Of a stretch of DNA of 32,000 bases, positions 1 to 11,122 are shown in pieces; within the stretch, counting starts at the first letter, position 1; every line of letters starts with the position of its first letter. The DNA comes from Candidatus Saccharimonadota bacterium (GTDB taxonomy: Bacteria > Pseudomonadota > Alphaproteobacteria > Rickettsiales > Anaplasmataceae), in assembly GCF_013365475.1 (NCBI RefSeq), contig NZ_CP046579.1, positions 780,001 through 812,000 of the forward strand, read 5' to 3'. A program made the position numbers and the translations under genes. The notes beneath the pieces are model-generated. The model had not been told where the DNA came from, did not search any database, and saw only the letters and a list, made by a program, of their open reading frames with translations.

Positions 1-549
1 TGGTATAGATCCTATGAGGTGTAGTCAACAAAATACTATGTACTATAGAGTGTTTTTACTACTTTATTTCAGGATTAAGATTCTTACATATTATGTATGA
101 TAGATTGAATGTTTTCTGTATTCTTGGCTATAAATTTACATTTAAATAAAGTTATTACTTTCATAACCAAGTCAAGTTAATTTGATTTATATAGATTTTC
201 TAGAGAATATTTTGGTATAGGTAAGAAATATTCCCTTACATCTTTTTATTTAAGATTATACAACTTAGATCATGAGTCTAATTAGACTTTGGGGTATATG
301 GTATTCATTGTTATATATTTCTATGACCATTAAAGAACTTAATTATATTACCAGAATACATCATACTTGTAAGCTACTGCACAAAGACTAACTTTTGTAG
401 TATTAGAGTTTTTTTTAACTACAGGCTAAAAATAATTATTCTTATTACTTTTTTTGATAAATATAGTTTTATACTTAGATCTAGCTATTTTAGCAGGAAC
501 TTTCTCATGTTATTTTAACTTGCAGTATTTTGATAGTTTGAGAAATTAG

Positions 550-579
550 TTGACGAAAATCCGTTAATAATTGTATCTA
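550..579 (+). promoter_or_regulatory. Putative sigma70-type promoter for tRNA-Thr
   Basis: TTGACG (550-555), an 18 nt spacer, then TATCTA (574-579), ending 10 nt upstream of the tRNA 5' end. This is a sequence match only. Confidence 0.25.
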
Positions 580-589
580 TATAACAGAT

Positions 590-662
<73 letters not shown>

Positions 663-1844
663 CGTATTAGGTAAGGCATAAGGTGAACAGAAGAAACTTC
701 TATTGGTAAATAGAGCTTTTTAATACTATATAGAATAGCAGATAACTGAGAGTTCAATCCCCTTATTAAGTAAGGTAAGAAGCTTTATATTAGCTAAAAA
801 AGGTATATTCCAAAGCAAAGCTAAAGATAGAATAATCTCAAAAGAACAATGTGGAACTTACGTTATAGCTGATCTGACATTCTTGTTATTTGGTTCTTGA
901 AATATTTATTATGTTTATGTAGATGGTGTTAAGGTATAGCTAAGTCTGCATAACTTCATTTATGCTTAATCTCACATTATATTTTAAGCTCTATCTATGG
1001 CAGGTAAAGGTCATGCTGGTTTATTAAGATAGTTTTTCAGATGAGTAAAATATGCTCTTACAGCTTTTATAATGTCAATTTTAGATCATGTCATATATAC
1101 TGTTAAAGCCTGGCCTTTTAATAAAATCTGACTAGAAGATTAGCAGTTTATTATATGTCACATGCAGCGTTAATATTCTTGTGCTTGCTAAGTTATGAAC
1201 ATATTTTAAAATATCTACTGTTTAAGTTTAGATTTATATTAGTTTTTCCATATCTTAATCATAAGAAACATTATAAATTTCTCCTCGCTTTTTAGGAAAA
1301 ATTATTCCACTATTTTTATAGGTAGTGAGATTCATTTAACTTTTACTGTAATTCTGACCTACACTAACTGTTGTAGGGTGATTTCGTAAATCAGTACTAA
1401 ACTTCAATGTTACAGAGGTAGAGTTTAATATCTTCTTCACTAAAGATGCACTTTTATAGTCTTTTTTCCATTATCTGCTTCATTAGTACGAATAAGTGAA
1501 ACTCTACAATTCCACTCATAGTTTCACTGTGTCATTTGTAATTAAAAATAGTTAAGTGGATCAGCTTGTTGAAAGACTTAGGTATTGAAATATCGCTTAA
1601 AAATTAAAATTAACTTTCTTTTTATAACTAACTACTAATACAAAGGCTAGTAGATTTCGCAATAAAGAACTACTCTTCAGCTTCAAAGTTTGATTTACCT
1701 AGTGTTTGACTCCTTAGATAACTTATCTATCATTAATAATGCTGCTAAAAATAAAGTGAGAAGAATAGCTAATTAGGATATAACATCTTGTGCAGGAAAA
1801 TAACAACTAATCCTTTAAAAAGGAGTATTGATCGTGATATATGT

Positions 1845-4397
1845 CTAAGTAAATTCCTTTACAACTATATTTACTATCTTGTTTGGTACAGTATATATGT
1901 CCTGAACTTTATTCTGATCAATTTTATTAGATACAAAGCTTATTGCTATTTTCTTTAATTCATCTTTAGACAAGTTGGTTGGTACCTCAATTGTTGCACT
2001 CAATTTTCCATTGATTTGCACTGCTACAGTTACTACATCATCAATCAGTAGTGACTTAACAGCTTTTGGCCAAGGCTGTAGGTATAGCATACCTTTACCC
2101 CCTATTTCTTGCCATAGACTTTCTGCTAAGTGTGGCATAACCGGTTCAATTACCCTGATTAGTATACATATTCCTTCATCAATGAGGCATTTCCCATTTT
2201 TTACATCTATTTCAGATATTAGATTTGTCATCTCACGAAATTTTGCTACTGCACAATTTAATCTGCAATTTTCTAAGTCATCTGTAATTCCGTATAAGAG
2301 TCTATGAATTTTCTTTCTGTATTTTAAAAGTTTACCTGTAACATTTTTGCCTGGTGTCATTTTAGCATGTAATAATACATCTTCTCTTTTTGTCTCAGTT
2401 TCAACTAGTTGGATGTTGTGAAATTGATTTTGAATGTTAATAGGTTTTAATTGCATTACCATATGCCATAATTTATTCCGATAACGGAAACATCCTTCTA
2501 TGCCATCACATGACCATTCTATGTCTTTTTCTGGAGGAGTGTCAGACAATACAAATAAGCGAGTAGTATCTGCACCATATTTTTCGATAATAAAATTTGG
2601 GTCAACTGTGTTCTTTTTTGACTTGCTCATTTTCTCTGCCTTACCAACCAGAATCTTAAAACCTAGATCTGCTAGTTTTTTTGCTTCTTCAGGAAAAAGT
2701 AACTTACCGTTTTCATCTTTGTAAGTTCTATGACAAACCATTCCTTGGGTGATTAAAGTAGAGAAAGGTTCCTTAACATCAAGATAACCACATCTAGTTA
2801 AAGCATGGCAGAAAAATCGTGAATAAAGCAGGTGCAAGATTGCATGTTCTATTCCACCTATGTAATAATCGACAGGCATAAAGTGATTACATGCATCTTT
2901 ATTAATAGATTTGTCTTCACTACAAAATGCAGCAAAATACCAAGAAGATTCAAAAAAGGTATCAAATGTGTCAGTTTCACGCTTTGCTTGCTCTCCGCAT
3001 TTTGGGCAGTTAACAAATTTCCATGTTGGATGTTTATCTAGTGGATTCCCTCCACTTGTAAATTCTACTTCTGTTGGCAGAATTACAGGAAGGTTTTTTT
3101 CTGGTACTGGGACAATGCCACAATCTTTACAATATATGATAGGTATAGGACATCCCCAATAACGTTGCCTTGAAATCCCCCAGTCATGTAAGCGGTATTT
3201 TACTGTTTTTTTGCCTATTCCTTTCTCTTCAAGCTTCTTGGTAGCTACCTCTTTTGCTTTACTGGCTGTTAACCCATTTAAGAATTCAGAATTAAATATC
3301 ACTCCATCACTAACATATGCTTCTTTTAATATCCCTGTAGTTTGTACTCCATTTTTATGAATTACAGGAATAATTGGTAGATCATATTTTTGTGCAAATT
3401 CAAAATCACGCTGATTGTGTGCAGGACATCCAAAAATTGCACCTTCTCCGTGTTCCATTAACACGAAATTTGCTACATAGAGTGGTAATTCCTTATCCAG
3501 AAATGGATGTTTTACGTTTAATCCAGTGTAAACTCCAGTCCTTTCATCATTTTTTTCATTTTTTTTTATATTATTAATAAATCCCTGTATTTCTTTATTC
3601 TTAAAATTCTGTACAATAAAATGCTCTGCAGCTACTGCACAAAAAGAGGCACCAAACAAAGTATGAGGGCAAGTTGTAAAGACCTTTAATCCCTTATTCA
3701 AACCAATTATTTCAAACTCTATAGTTACCCCTTCATATTTTCCTATCCAGCGTTCTTGCATTGTTTTAACTTTTTCAGGCCATCTTTTTAAACTTTGTAA
3801 GTACTTAAGTAAATCTTCGGCAAAATCAGTAACTTTTAAAAACCACTGGGATAATTTACGTTTTTCAACAACTACACCAGAGCGCCATCCTTTCCCATCA
3901 ACAACCTGTTCATTTGCAAGTACTGTCTGGTCTACTGGATCCCAATTAACCCATGACTCTTTTCGATAGGCAAGCCCATGTTTTAAAAGGTCCAAAAAAA
4001 ATTTTTGTTCATGTTTATAATAATCAGACTCACACGTAGACAGTTCACGCTCCCAGTTGTAAGAAAGACCTATGGATTTTAGCTGCATACGCATGTTATC
4101 TATATTTTCTTTTGTCCAAATTGCTGGGTTAATATTGTTTTCCTTTGCTGCATTTTCAGCTGGTAATCCAAATGCATCCCATCCAATTGGATGTAAAACC
4201 TCAAATCCACAAGCTCTCTTATAGCGAGCTATCACATCTCCTATTGTATAGTTACGTAAATGGCCCATGTGAATTTTACCAGATGGATATGGAAACATCT
4301 CTAGCACGTAACATTTATTTTTTTTGCTATTCTTGCTTACAGAAAAGTTCCACTTATCTTGGTAAAATTTTTCTATACTTTTGAAATCATATTTCAT
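1845..4397 (-). CDS. leuS: Leucyl-tRNA synthetase
   Basis: 850 aa ORF with class I signatures: HMGH ([10 protein letters not shown]) and KMSKS ([10 protein letters not shown]). CP1 editing region is present ([19 protein letters not shown]). Confidence 0.97.
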   Translation of the reverse strand: MKYDFKSIEKFYQDKWNFSVSKNSKKNKCYVLEMFPYPSGKIHMGHLRNYTIGDVIARYKRACGFEVLHPIGWDAFGLPAENAAKENNINPAIWTKENIDNMRMQLKSIGLSYNWERELSTCESDYYKHEQKFFLDLLKHGLAYRKESWVNWDPVDQTVLANEQVVDGKGWRSGVVVEKRKLSQWFLKVTDFAEDLLKYLQSLKRWPEKVKTMQERWIGKYEGVTIEFEIIGLNKGLKVFTTCPHTLFGASFCAVAAEHFIVQNFKNKEIQGFINNIKKNEKNDERTGVYTGLNVKHPFLDKELPLYVANFVLMEHGEGAIFGCPAHNQRDFEFAQKYDLPIIPVIHKNGVQTTGILKEAYVSDGVIFNSEFLNGLTASKAKEVATKKLEEKGIGKKTVKYRLHDWGISRQRYWGCPIPIIYCKDCGIVPVPEKNLPVILPTEVEFTSGGNPLDKHPTWKFVNCPKCGEQAKRETDTFDTFFESSWYFAAFCSEDKSINKDACNHFMPVDYYIGGIEHAILHLLYSRFFCHALTRCGYLDVKEPFSTLITQGMVCHRTYKDENGKLLFPEEAKKLADLGFKILVGKAEKMSKSKKNTVDPNFIIEKYGADTTRLFVLSDTPPEKDIEWSCDGIEGCFRYRNKLWHMVMQLKPINIQNQFHNIQLVETETKREDVLLHAKMTPGKNVTGKLLKYRKKIHRLLYGITDDLENCRLNCAVAKFREMTNLISEIDVKNGKCLIDEGICILIRVIEPVMPHLAESLWQEIGGKGMLYLQPWPKAVKSLLIDDVVTVAVQINGKLSATIEVPTNLSKDELKKIAISFVSNKIDQNKVQDIYTVPNKIVNIVVKEFT

Positions 4398-4409
4398 ATA
4401 AATGAAAAC

Positions 4410-5051
4410 TCAATTGCAATCTGTGTGTACCAAAGGATCAATTGCTTGCCCGTTATGTCTTATTGTAAAGCACATTTGAGGATATTTGTCTTGTGTGCCT
4501 AATTTTCCTGCAGACCCAATAATCTGGCTCTGTTGTATCTTATCACCTATTTCAACATATATATTTTTCAAGTAGGAATATATAGTCATGTAATTATCTT
4601 TGTGTTCCACTATAATTAGATTCCCATACCACCTAAGCCCTTTGCCTACATATATTACTTTACCAGGTGCAGAAGCGACCACATTTGTTCCATTTTGTGC
4701 AACAATTTTTACTCCATCTTTACATGCTTTATCAAAAGAAGCAAATGTACCTTTTATTGGCATTATGAATTTGCAATTTACAGCACTAGCTTTTATGCTT
4801 TGCACATCATTTTTGTTCCTGTATACCCTGCTTATAATGTTTTTTTTATTTTCTTTTACTGAAGAATCAATGTCTCCTCTGGTCAAACGGTATTCCCTTG
4901 TATACTCTAGATCTCTTTTCCCATAAAACTCCTCACCTTTAAGCAGCACAGGTGCAGGTTTTTGTAAACTACAGTTCACTAATATTACTAATAATATAAA
5001 GAACAAGGCTATGCGGCACATAATAAGCTTATTTGTGGCAATTTGAAACAT
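4410..5051 (-). CDS. LytM/M23-domain protein with degenerate active site, probably exported or a lipoprotein
   Basis: 213 aa. Hydrophobic N-terminus ending LVILVNCS. The C-terminal M23 fold signature is present (GTNVVASAPGKVIYVG...YGNLIIVEH...IIGSAGK), but HxxxD and HxH are replaced by KDGVK and QMCF. Lies 12 bp upstream of leuS. Confidence 0.8.
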   Translation of the reverse strand: MFQIATNKLIMCRIALFFILLVILVNCSLQKPAPVLLKGEEFYGKRDLEYTREYRLTRGDIDSSVKENKKNIISRVYRNKNDVQSIKASAVNCKFIMPIKGTFASFDKACKDGVKIVAQNGTNVVASAPGKVIYVGKGLRWYGNLIIVEHKDNYMTIYSYLKNIYVEIGDKIQQSQIIGSAGKLGTQDKYPQMCFTIRHNGQAIDPLVHTDCN

Positions 5052-5157
5052 ATTAAATAGCTTCCTTCATTAAGGAAACAAAATTTTTTGCTAGTAAAAC
5101 ATTCTATTCTTCTTTCTTCCTGTTTCTTTAGTAAGATTGACAATAAAATTACTGCTG

Positions 5158-5637
5158 TTAAGCTTTAATGTTTCTTTTCTTAGAATACATTCTTCTTAAT
5201 AAGAATAGAGTTAATGTAAGGTAAATAAGATTCCATGTTGCTAAGGAAATACCAAGAACATAATAAGGCTTGTTGCAGGATGGAGAATAATTAGGGTTTA
5301 ATAGTTTATCTCTAAGCTCTTCTATGTTAATATTACCACTTGCTATTTGCTCTGTACAACCTAAAATATCATAAAACAAATGTAACTCAAGGCCCACGTG
5401 ATAAAAGGATATTGCTGCACCTATAAGATAGCTACAAAACATTGTATAGATTAGTATTTTGCTGTCTTTGAACATATACATTACTGCAAGTAATCCTGTA
5501 ATATAGTAAACTGCTCGCTCATATATACATAGTTTACATGGCAGCATATTAAAAAAATACTCTAGCACATATGCAAAAATTATTGCAAAAGCGCTTGACA
5601 ACAAAAATGTTAAAGAAATTTTAGAGTTATTAGACAT
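5158..5637 (-). CDS. dsbB: Disulfide bond formation protein B
   Basis: 159 aa polytopic membrane ORF with the DsbB motif PCKLCIYER and a second Cys pair (GCTEQ...SCNKP). Confidence 0.85.
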   Translation of the reverse strand: MSNNSKISLTFLLSSAFAIIFAYVLEYFFNMLPCKLCIYERAVYYITGLLAVMYMFKDSKILIYTMFCSYLIGAAISFYHVGLELHLFYDILGCTEQIASGNINIEELRDKLLNPNYSPSCNKPYYVLGISLATWNLIYLTLTLFLLRRMYSKKRNIKA

Positions 5638-5687
5638 ATTTTTAAGTAGGTTATTATAAAGACTTCTGTAAATATAGAATAGAATAT

Positions 5688-7013
5688 TTATTTTACGTAA
5701 GGATTTTTATTCTTTCTCAAGAGTAGCCTAACTGGCACGCTTTTACCAAAGAAACTCTTCCTGAGATTATTAATTAAGTATCGTTTGTAACTCTCATCTA
5801 TACCTTCAGGTATATTACATACTAAAGAAAAGGCAGGAGGTTTAGTACCAATCTGGGCAATATACTTCATTTTAATCGCTCTACCTTTTACAAGCGGATG
5901 AGGATGATTATTCAAAGCACTAATTAACCACTTATTCAACTTTGCAGTACCAATCTTCCTGTTTAATAATTGATTTATCTCAAGGCATTTATCTATCACA
6001 TGACTGCAACGTATACCTTTTAATGCAGAAATTGTTATAATTGAAACTTCCAGGGATAGCCGAGTTATTTTCTGCTGCTTTACAAATTTTATTAATTTGC
6101 TCCTATCATCTTTATTTATTAAATCCCATTTGTTTAAAACAATAATAATTCCTTTTCCTGCTTTTATTATAAATTCGCCAATTGATAAACTCTGCTGCTC
6201 AACCCCAATAATGGAATCTATCATTAAAATTACCACATGAGAACGCTTTATTGATTCCATGCTTTTTTTCATGAATCTTGATTCTAAGTTGTCTGTAATA
6301 TTCACTTTTTTGTAGATTCCTGCAGTGTCAATGAGAGTAATTAACTCTCCATTGTAATTGTATGTAATGTCCACAGAATCACGTGTAGTTCTTGGTTCTG
6401 AACTTGTTATTAGTCTATTTTCTGCTAGTAAACTATTTAAAAAGGTTGACTTCCCAACATTTGGACTGCCAATTATTGCAATTCTAAGCTTACTGGACTT
6501 ATCAGCTGGTAATTCAGTGTCTTGATTTAGATTTTTAATAGCGCCAGACAACGCTTCATAAAGATCAATCATGCCAAGGTTGTGCTCAGCTGAGATGTAT
6601 ACTGGACCTATGAAATCAAAAAACTGTAGGTAGTCGACATTCTTAGATCTGTGACTTTCACATTTATTTGCTATGAGTATTATAGGATTATTTGTTTTTT
6701 TCTTCAGCCATTTTGCAAACTTCTTATTTTGTTCATCTTGTATTTTTGCATCAACAAGAAAGAAAATTATGTCTGAGTCGAATAAAGAAATCTCAATCTG
6801 CTCAATAACTTGTAATGAGAAATTAGTTCTGTCATCCCACCCTCCTGTGTCTATAACTGTAAATTCCAAATCACTAATTCTTCCTACTTCTTCACGTCTA
6901 TCTCTTGTTATTCCTGGAATATTGCTTATTACTGCTGCTTTTCTCCCTACTAGCCTATTAAATAGGGTTGACTTGCCAGCATTCTGTAGACCTACTATGG
7001 CAATTCTTAGCAT
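5688..7013 (-). CDS. der: Ribosome-associated GTPase Der/EngA
   Basis: Two tandem GTPase domains (GLQNAGKST and GSPNVGKST P-loops, DTGG/DTAG, NKCE/NKWD) plus a KH-like C-terminus. The ATG at 7013 gives the canonical MLRIAIVG start. The ORF track extends to a TTG at 7028. Confidence 0.95.
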   Translation of the reverse strand: MLRIAIVGLQNAGKSTLFNRLVGRKAAVISNIPGITRDRREEVGRISDLEFTVIDTGGWDDRTNFSLQVIEQIEISLFDSDIIFFLVDAKIQDEQNKKFAKWLKKKTNNPIILIANKCESHRSKNVDYLQFFDFIGPVYISAEHNLGMIDLYEALSGAIKNLNQDTELPADKSSKLRIAIIGSPNVGKSTFLNSLLAENRLITSSEPRTTRDSVDITYNYNGELITLIDTAGIYKKVNITDNLESRFMKKSMESIKRSHVVILMIDSIIGVEQQSLSIGEFIIKAGKGIIIVLNKWDLINKDDRSKLIKFVKQQKITRLSLEVSIITISALKGIRCSHVIDKCLEINQLLNRKIGTAKLNKWLISALNNHPHPLVKGRAIKMKYIAQIGTKPPAFSLVCNIPEGIDESYKRYLINNLRKSFFGKSVPVRLLLRKNKNPYVK

Positions 7014-8339
7014 AGATTTCAAGTGCAAAGTAAATTGTAATCAGAATTTTTTAATTTAGCTACTGGTTTTACAAATTGTATCAGTATAATGATAGAGAAA
7101 AATGCTTCGCCTTAAATTTATTAAGTAAAGCCAAAATATAGCAATTACCAATGTTTGAGCAAGTAACAAATGCGAGTTAAGAGGGGTTAAGAAAGCGAGA
7201 AGTATAGAAGCCTTATGTGAAAATAGAGCGTTTAGAAGAAACAAGTAATTCACAATTAAGTGTGATGATATAAACAAATCTGGAAAGAAAATGGAAAAAG
7301 ATTTTATGAGAGCGGAAGATTAGAGTAGGTATAGAATATTTTGTGAATGTAAAACTATGAAAATGTTAAGCGAGTTGTTAAAAATTATAAATCTTGCATA
7401 GGTAAAATAATGTTTGGTAAGCTGTGTTGGATTAATATATGATGTGATGTTATATAACAAGAAAAAGCAAGCAGTAAGGAAAATATTATTGATAGAACAT
7501 TAATAAAAGATGTAAGTCTCAATCAAAAAGGCAAGGTTTAAGTTTTAAAAATTGGGAAAGGAAAGTTAAATTTTCTTTGTTTTTAAGTAACTTATTTCAT
7601 AAGGTATAATGTGTTAGTAAATAAATCTTAGATTTGTATCATAGCAGAATAAATCAAACCTCAAATGAAAGCGTAGTGATTGCTTATTATACCTAGAGCA
7701 AGTTATACAGTGGTATCAAATAATGATAAAAAGAAGAAATTATAGCGAAGAGAGGCAACGAGTTTTATTGTATAAAATGTTCAGAGAAGAGTGTTATTAC
7801 TTTGAAAAAGTCCCAAAACTCAGAATTTGGAGATTAGAATATGGTGCGTTAAGAAGTATGAAGGAAATGATGCATCTACTATGTAATTGACAATTGATAT
7901 ATTACATATTAATGGTAAACTAAAAATGACTCTTAATTCAGGTAATAGAAAATTAAGATGGTTCTATTTTCTAATAGAACTCATGAACATGAAAACAATG
8001 TACTAATTCTGGTATGATTAATGTTATATATAGATGATAAGAATTGTGAAGTCCTCTTAAAACATTGAAAGGATCTAAAAGATCAGCCATGTTATAGGAA
8101 AAGTCATTAGAATAAAAATTCTGCTTGGTAAGAACAGAAAGCAAAGTGTTTAGTATTTTAGAAGGAGTTGGTGTACTTGAATGCGCTAATTATATTCACT
8201 ACTTTTGGCTTAGAGGTTTTATTACTTAATGCACTGTATGTGCAATAGTATACCCAGGTATTCTATGATTTTTGATTTTACCAAATGTTAAAATTTTCTT
8301 ATTTTGTTATCGTGACAAGCATTTCAGGGTCCTTCTCAT

Positions 8340-9290
8340 AAAAGAAAAGTATCAAATTATAAGCTTTATAGAACCTATAGCAGCAGAAAATACTTGGTTT
8401 TTATCGCATTTGTTTCTTTAAGGGCCGAAAAAGACTCAAGGTATCCAGTATTTGTTTATTAATATGTAACTTACGATCTCTCCCATACTTATAAGTTGAC
8501 TAGTTTCTCCTATAAGAACTGCTTTATTAATTTAGTCTTTCTGCCTTTAAAATTGCTCCTTTACTAATTCAAGCATTGCTTCAACTCTTGGTTTTATAAT
8601 ATCAATAAGCTTGTATTTAGATACTTGAGTTAGTTTATCATCTCCATATTTATGGATCATAATGTATTCAGTTTTATCTATCAAGGTTATGGCAGTGTTA
8701 CCATGCAATATTTTTATATGCCCTGCATATTCTATGCTTGTACATAGTTCATAAGCTATGTCTCAGGTAATATGAACAACTCCTATTGGAATGCTGTTTG
8801 CATATATAACCTTACCTCCTTAAGAATTCTGACTACAGTGTAACCATCTATATCAACAATAGCAGTTCTGAGCTCTTTCTCATCTTAGCATAGGAAAGTA
8901 AATCCCACAGAATATGCAGAAGCAACACAACTAGCCATACTTATCGCTATCATTATACTTTTCAAATGTTTGGAAAACTACAAGTTTTATATCTCTGTCA
9001 GAAATTTTATGATTATCTTCTATAATTTCATTTGTACGTTGAAAGATGAAATTTCACATCCAGCAACTTCAACACATACTTGTTCTATGATTTTTTTGAT
9101 GCTTTTCAGCAATACCTATAGTTGATGGAATGGAGTCGGTTGTATCCCTTGCATATCAGTTACTGATCTGCTATATCTTCTGCAATTTTGTAACCTGTTC
9201 CTGCCATTTTATATCTGAGTTATTACTGATCTCAACAATTAGGAATAATCTCTATTCTACCTGTATCTAAAACAAAAAATATTTTTTTTG
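8340..9290 (-). pseudogene. ftsA: Decayed ftsA (actin/Hsp70-fold cell-division ATPase) remnant
   Basis: Reverse-strand translation in shifting frames gives collinear FtsA-like blocks: VLDTGRIEI (from 9273), VEVAGCEISS, ASAYSV, DEKELRTAIVDIDG, GGKVIYANSIPIGVVHIT*DIAYELCTSIEYAGHIKILHG (8819 downward, in-frame TGA at 8763-8765), SKYKLIDIIKPRVEAMLELVKEQF, NKAVLIGETSQLISMGEIV and VFSAAIGSIKLII. Order and spacing match E. coli FtsA (DERELGVCVVDIGGGT...VIPYAGNVVTSDIAYAFGTPPSDAEAIKVRHG...). There are multiple stops, frameshifts and an internal deletion. End coordinates are approximate. Confidence 0.75.
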
Positions 9291-9450
9291 GTTTTATTAT
9301 TACTGTAGAATACAGTAGTTGATTAATTATAGAATATCATTTAAGTTATGGATTGCTTTTAATTTATATTTCTGTTGTAGAAATGCATCAACATTTTTAT
9401 ACCTAAATATTGGATAGAATGGGAAGAAAAACTAGTAAAATTATAGTATT

Positions 9451-9987
9451 ATGTCTAAACTGAAAATTCTAATTTTCCCACATGAAAAGTTAACCACACG
9501 TGCCAGTCAAGTAGATGATATAAATGATAAAATCATAGAATTAGTAAATGACATGTTTGAAACTATGTACAATGCGGAAGGTTTTGGCCTTGCTGCAGTA
9601 CAGGTTGGAGTGTTAAAAAGAGTTTTTGTTATGGATGTCTATCTAGAAGATATCGAAAGTCGATCAGCAGGGCATGAGTCGATAGGTAAGTTTTGTATGA
9701 TTAATCCTGAAATTATGGAATTGTCTGATGAACAAATAATTCTCAAAGAAGGATGTCTTTCAATTCCTGAGCAAAATTATGAAATTAAGCGTCCAAAGTA
9801 CCTGACTGTGAAATATAAAAATTTAAATAATGAGGTAAAAACACTGAAAGCTTGCGGTTGGCTTGCAAGATGTATTCAGCATGAGATAGACCACTTGAAT
9901 GGTATATTATATATTAAACATTTATCTAGATTGAAGCACAATATGGCTATGAGGAAGGCACAAAAAGTTAAGAGGCGATATGAGTGA
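9451..9987 (+). CDS. def: Peptide deformylase
   Basis: 178 aa with the three PDF motifs: GLAAVQVG, EGCLSIP and HEIDHLNG. Confidence 0.96.
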   Translation: MSKLKILIFPHEKLTTRASQVDDINDKIIELVNDMFETMYNAEGFGLAAVQVGVLKRVFVMDVYLEDIESRSAGHESIGKFCMINPEIMELSDEQIILKEGCLSIPEQNYEIKRPKYLTVKYKNLNNEVKTLKACGWLARCIQHEIDHLNGILYIKHLSRLKHNMAMRKAQKVKRRYE

Positions 9988-10756
9988 TAAAGATCTTGAG
10001 TTATTAAAATTTTACCATGAGGAAGGTATTGATTGCTCTCTAAAAGAAATAGAAGAAAGAAGTGATAAACTTATACAGTCCAATGATGTTGATAGGAGGG
10101 ATCAAGAAAGAAAACGGCAATTCATGTTTCCAAGTGACCGTGTAATTGAAGCAAGAAAACTTGCCAGTAAATGTAATAGTATAGAGGAATTAAAAAATAC
10201 AGTTTCATCATTTGAAGGTTGTGAGATAAAAAAGACATCCACTAACACTGTTTTTTCTGATGGTAATCCAAATGCAAAAATTATGCTTATTGGTGAAGCT
10301 CCAGGTATGAATGAGGATCTACAAGGCATACCATTTTGTGGTATGAGTGGAATACTGCTTGATAGAATGTTAAGTGCAATAAACCTAGATCGTACTAAAG
10401 TATATATAAGCAATGTTATATTTTGGCGTCCACCAGGTAATAGGAAACCAACTGATTTGGAGATTGACATGTGTAAGCCATTTGTTGAGAAGCATATTGT
10501 ACTAGTTTCACCACAAATTCTGATCTTATTAGGAGGAATTGCATGCTATAGCCTTCTTAACAACACAGAAACTATATCTGCCATGCGTGGTAAGTTTCAT
10601 GCTTATACTAATCAATACTTATTTCATTCAATTACTACAGTTGCTATGTTCCATCCAGCCTACTTACTTCGTCAACCAGCACAGAAACGTTTAGCTTGGA
10701 AGGATTTGAAGATGATCAGAGAGTATCTTGATAGCAACTGTACTGGTATTTTGTGA
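9980..10756 (+). CDS. Uracil-DNA glycosylase, family 4
   Basis: 258 aa with GEAPGMNEDLQGIPFCGMSGILLD and FHPAYLLRQP family-4 UDG signatures. The ATG overlaps the def stop (ATGAGTGA). Confidence 0.85.
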   Translation: MSDKDLELLKFYHEEGIDCSLKEIEERSDKLIQSNDVDRRDQERKRQFMFPSDRVIEARKLASKCNSIEELKNTVSSFEGCEIKKTSTNTVFSDGNPNAKIMLIGEAPGMNEDLQGIPFCGMSGILLDRMLSAINLDRTKVYISNVIFWRPPGNRKPTDLEIDMCKPFVEKHIVLVSPQILILLGGIACYSLLNNTETISAMRGKFHAYTNQYLFHSITTVAMFHPAYLLRQPAQKRLAWKDLKMIREYLDSNCTGIL

Positions 10757-11122
10757 GGCAATCGTTAACGTTAGGAAGTAGCTGAATAAAGAATTTACTT
10801 AACAATTTCAGCAACTTACTTCTTTAAAGCTAACAGTATCAGTATCTGTTTTTAAAATTTTTTAACCTAAACTTAGTAGTAAACTAGGTAAAAACACGAT
10901 GTTTTTGATAGATTTATACGTGTCTTTTAAGTTTTTCTAAACTTAGAAAGTACTCCTGGATAAGCATCATGAAAAAAATTATTGGCATCTATTATGAGAA
11001 AAGAGTAGAAACCGAAATTATATTCATTTTTTCTTCTACTTAGCAAACATTCAATAGTTATTCTGGCTAGACTAAATGAGAATTGTTATTTCGATACAAA
11101 CAGAGGCGCGATCACATGAATT

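Noticed and set aside
748-765. GAGAGTTCAATCCCCTT, which resembles a tRNA T-arm and suggested a second tRNA or tmRNA fragment near tRNA-Thr.
   Set aside because: The flanks cannot pair into a T stem (GAGAG versus CCCTT), and no acceptor or anticodon arms can be built around it.
1975-4384. Several 67-110 aa plus-strand ORFs inside leuS (1975-2307, 2500-2724, 2832-3041, 2911-3162, 3374-3577, 4145-4384).
   Set aside because: They are antisense shadow frames of a strongly supported 850 aa gene. They are low-complexity, have no motifs, and several overlap each other.
7056-7277. 73 aa minus-strand ORF just upstream of der.
   Set aside because: It is a hydrophobic, low-complexity translation of T-rich sequence, with no recognisable motif or ribosome-binding site. 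It most likely arises by chance from composition.
7723-7890. 55-codon ORF (MIKRRNYSEERQRVLL...) with a faint resemblance to the IS3-type OrfA helix-turn-helix region. This raised the possibility of a mobile element.
   Set aside because: The similarity is limited to a few residues. There are no inverted repeats, no transposase catalytic region and no target duplication nearby.
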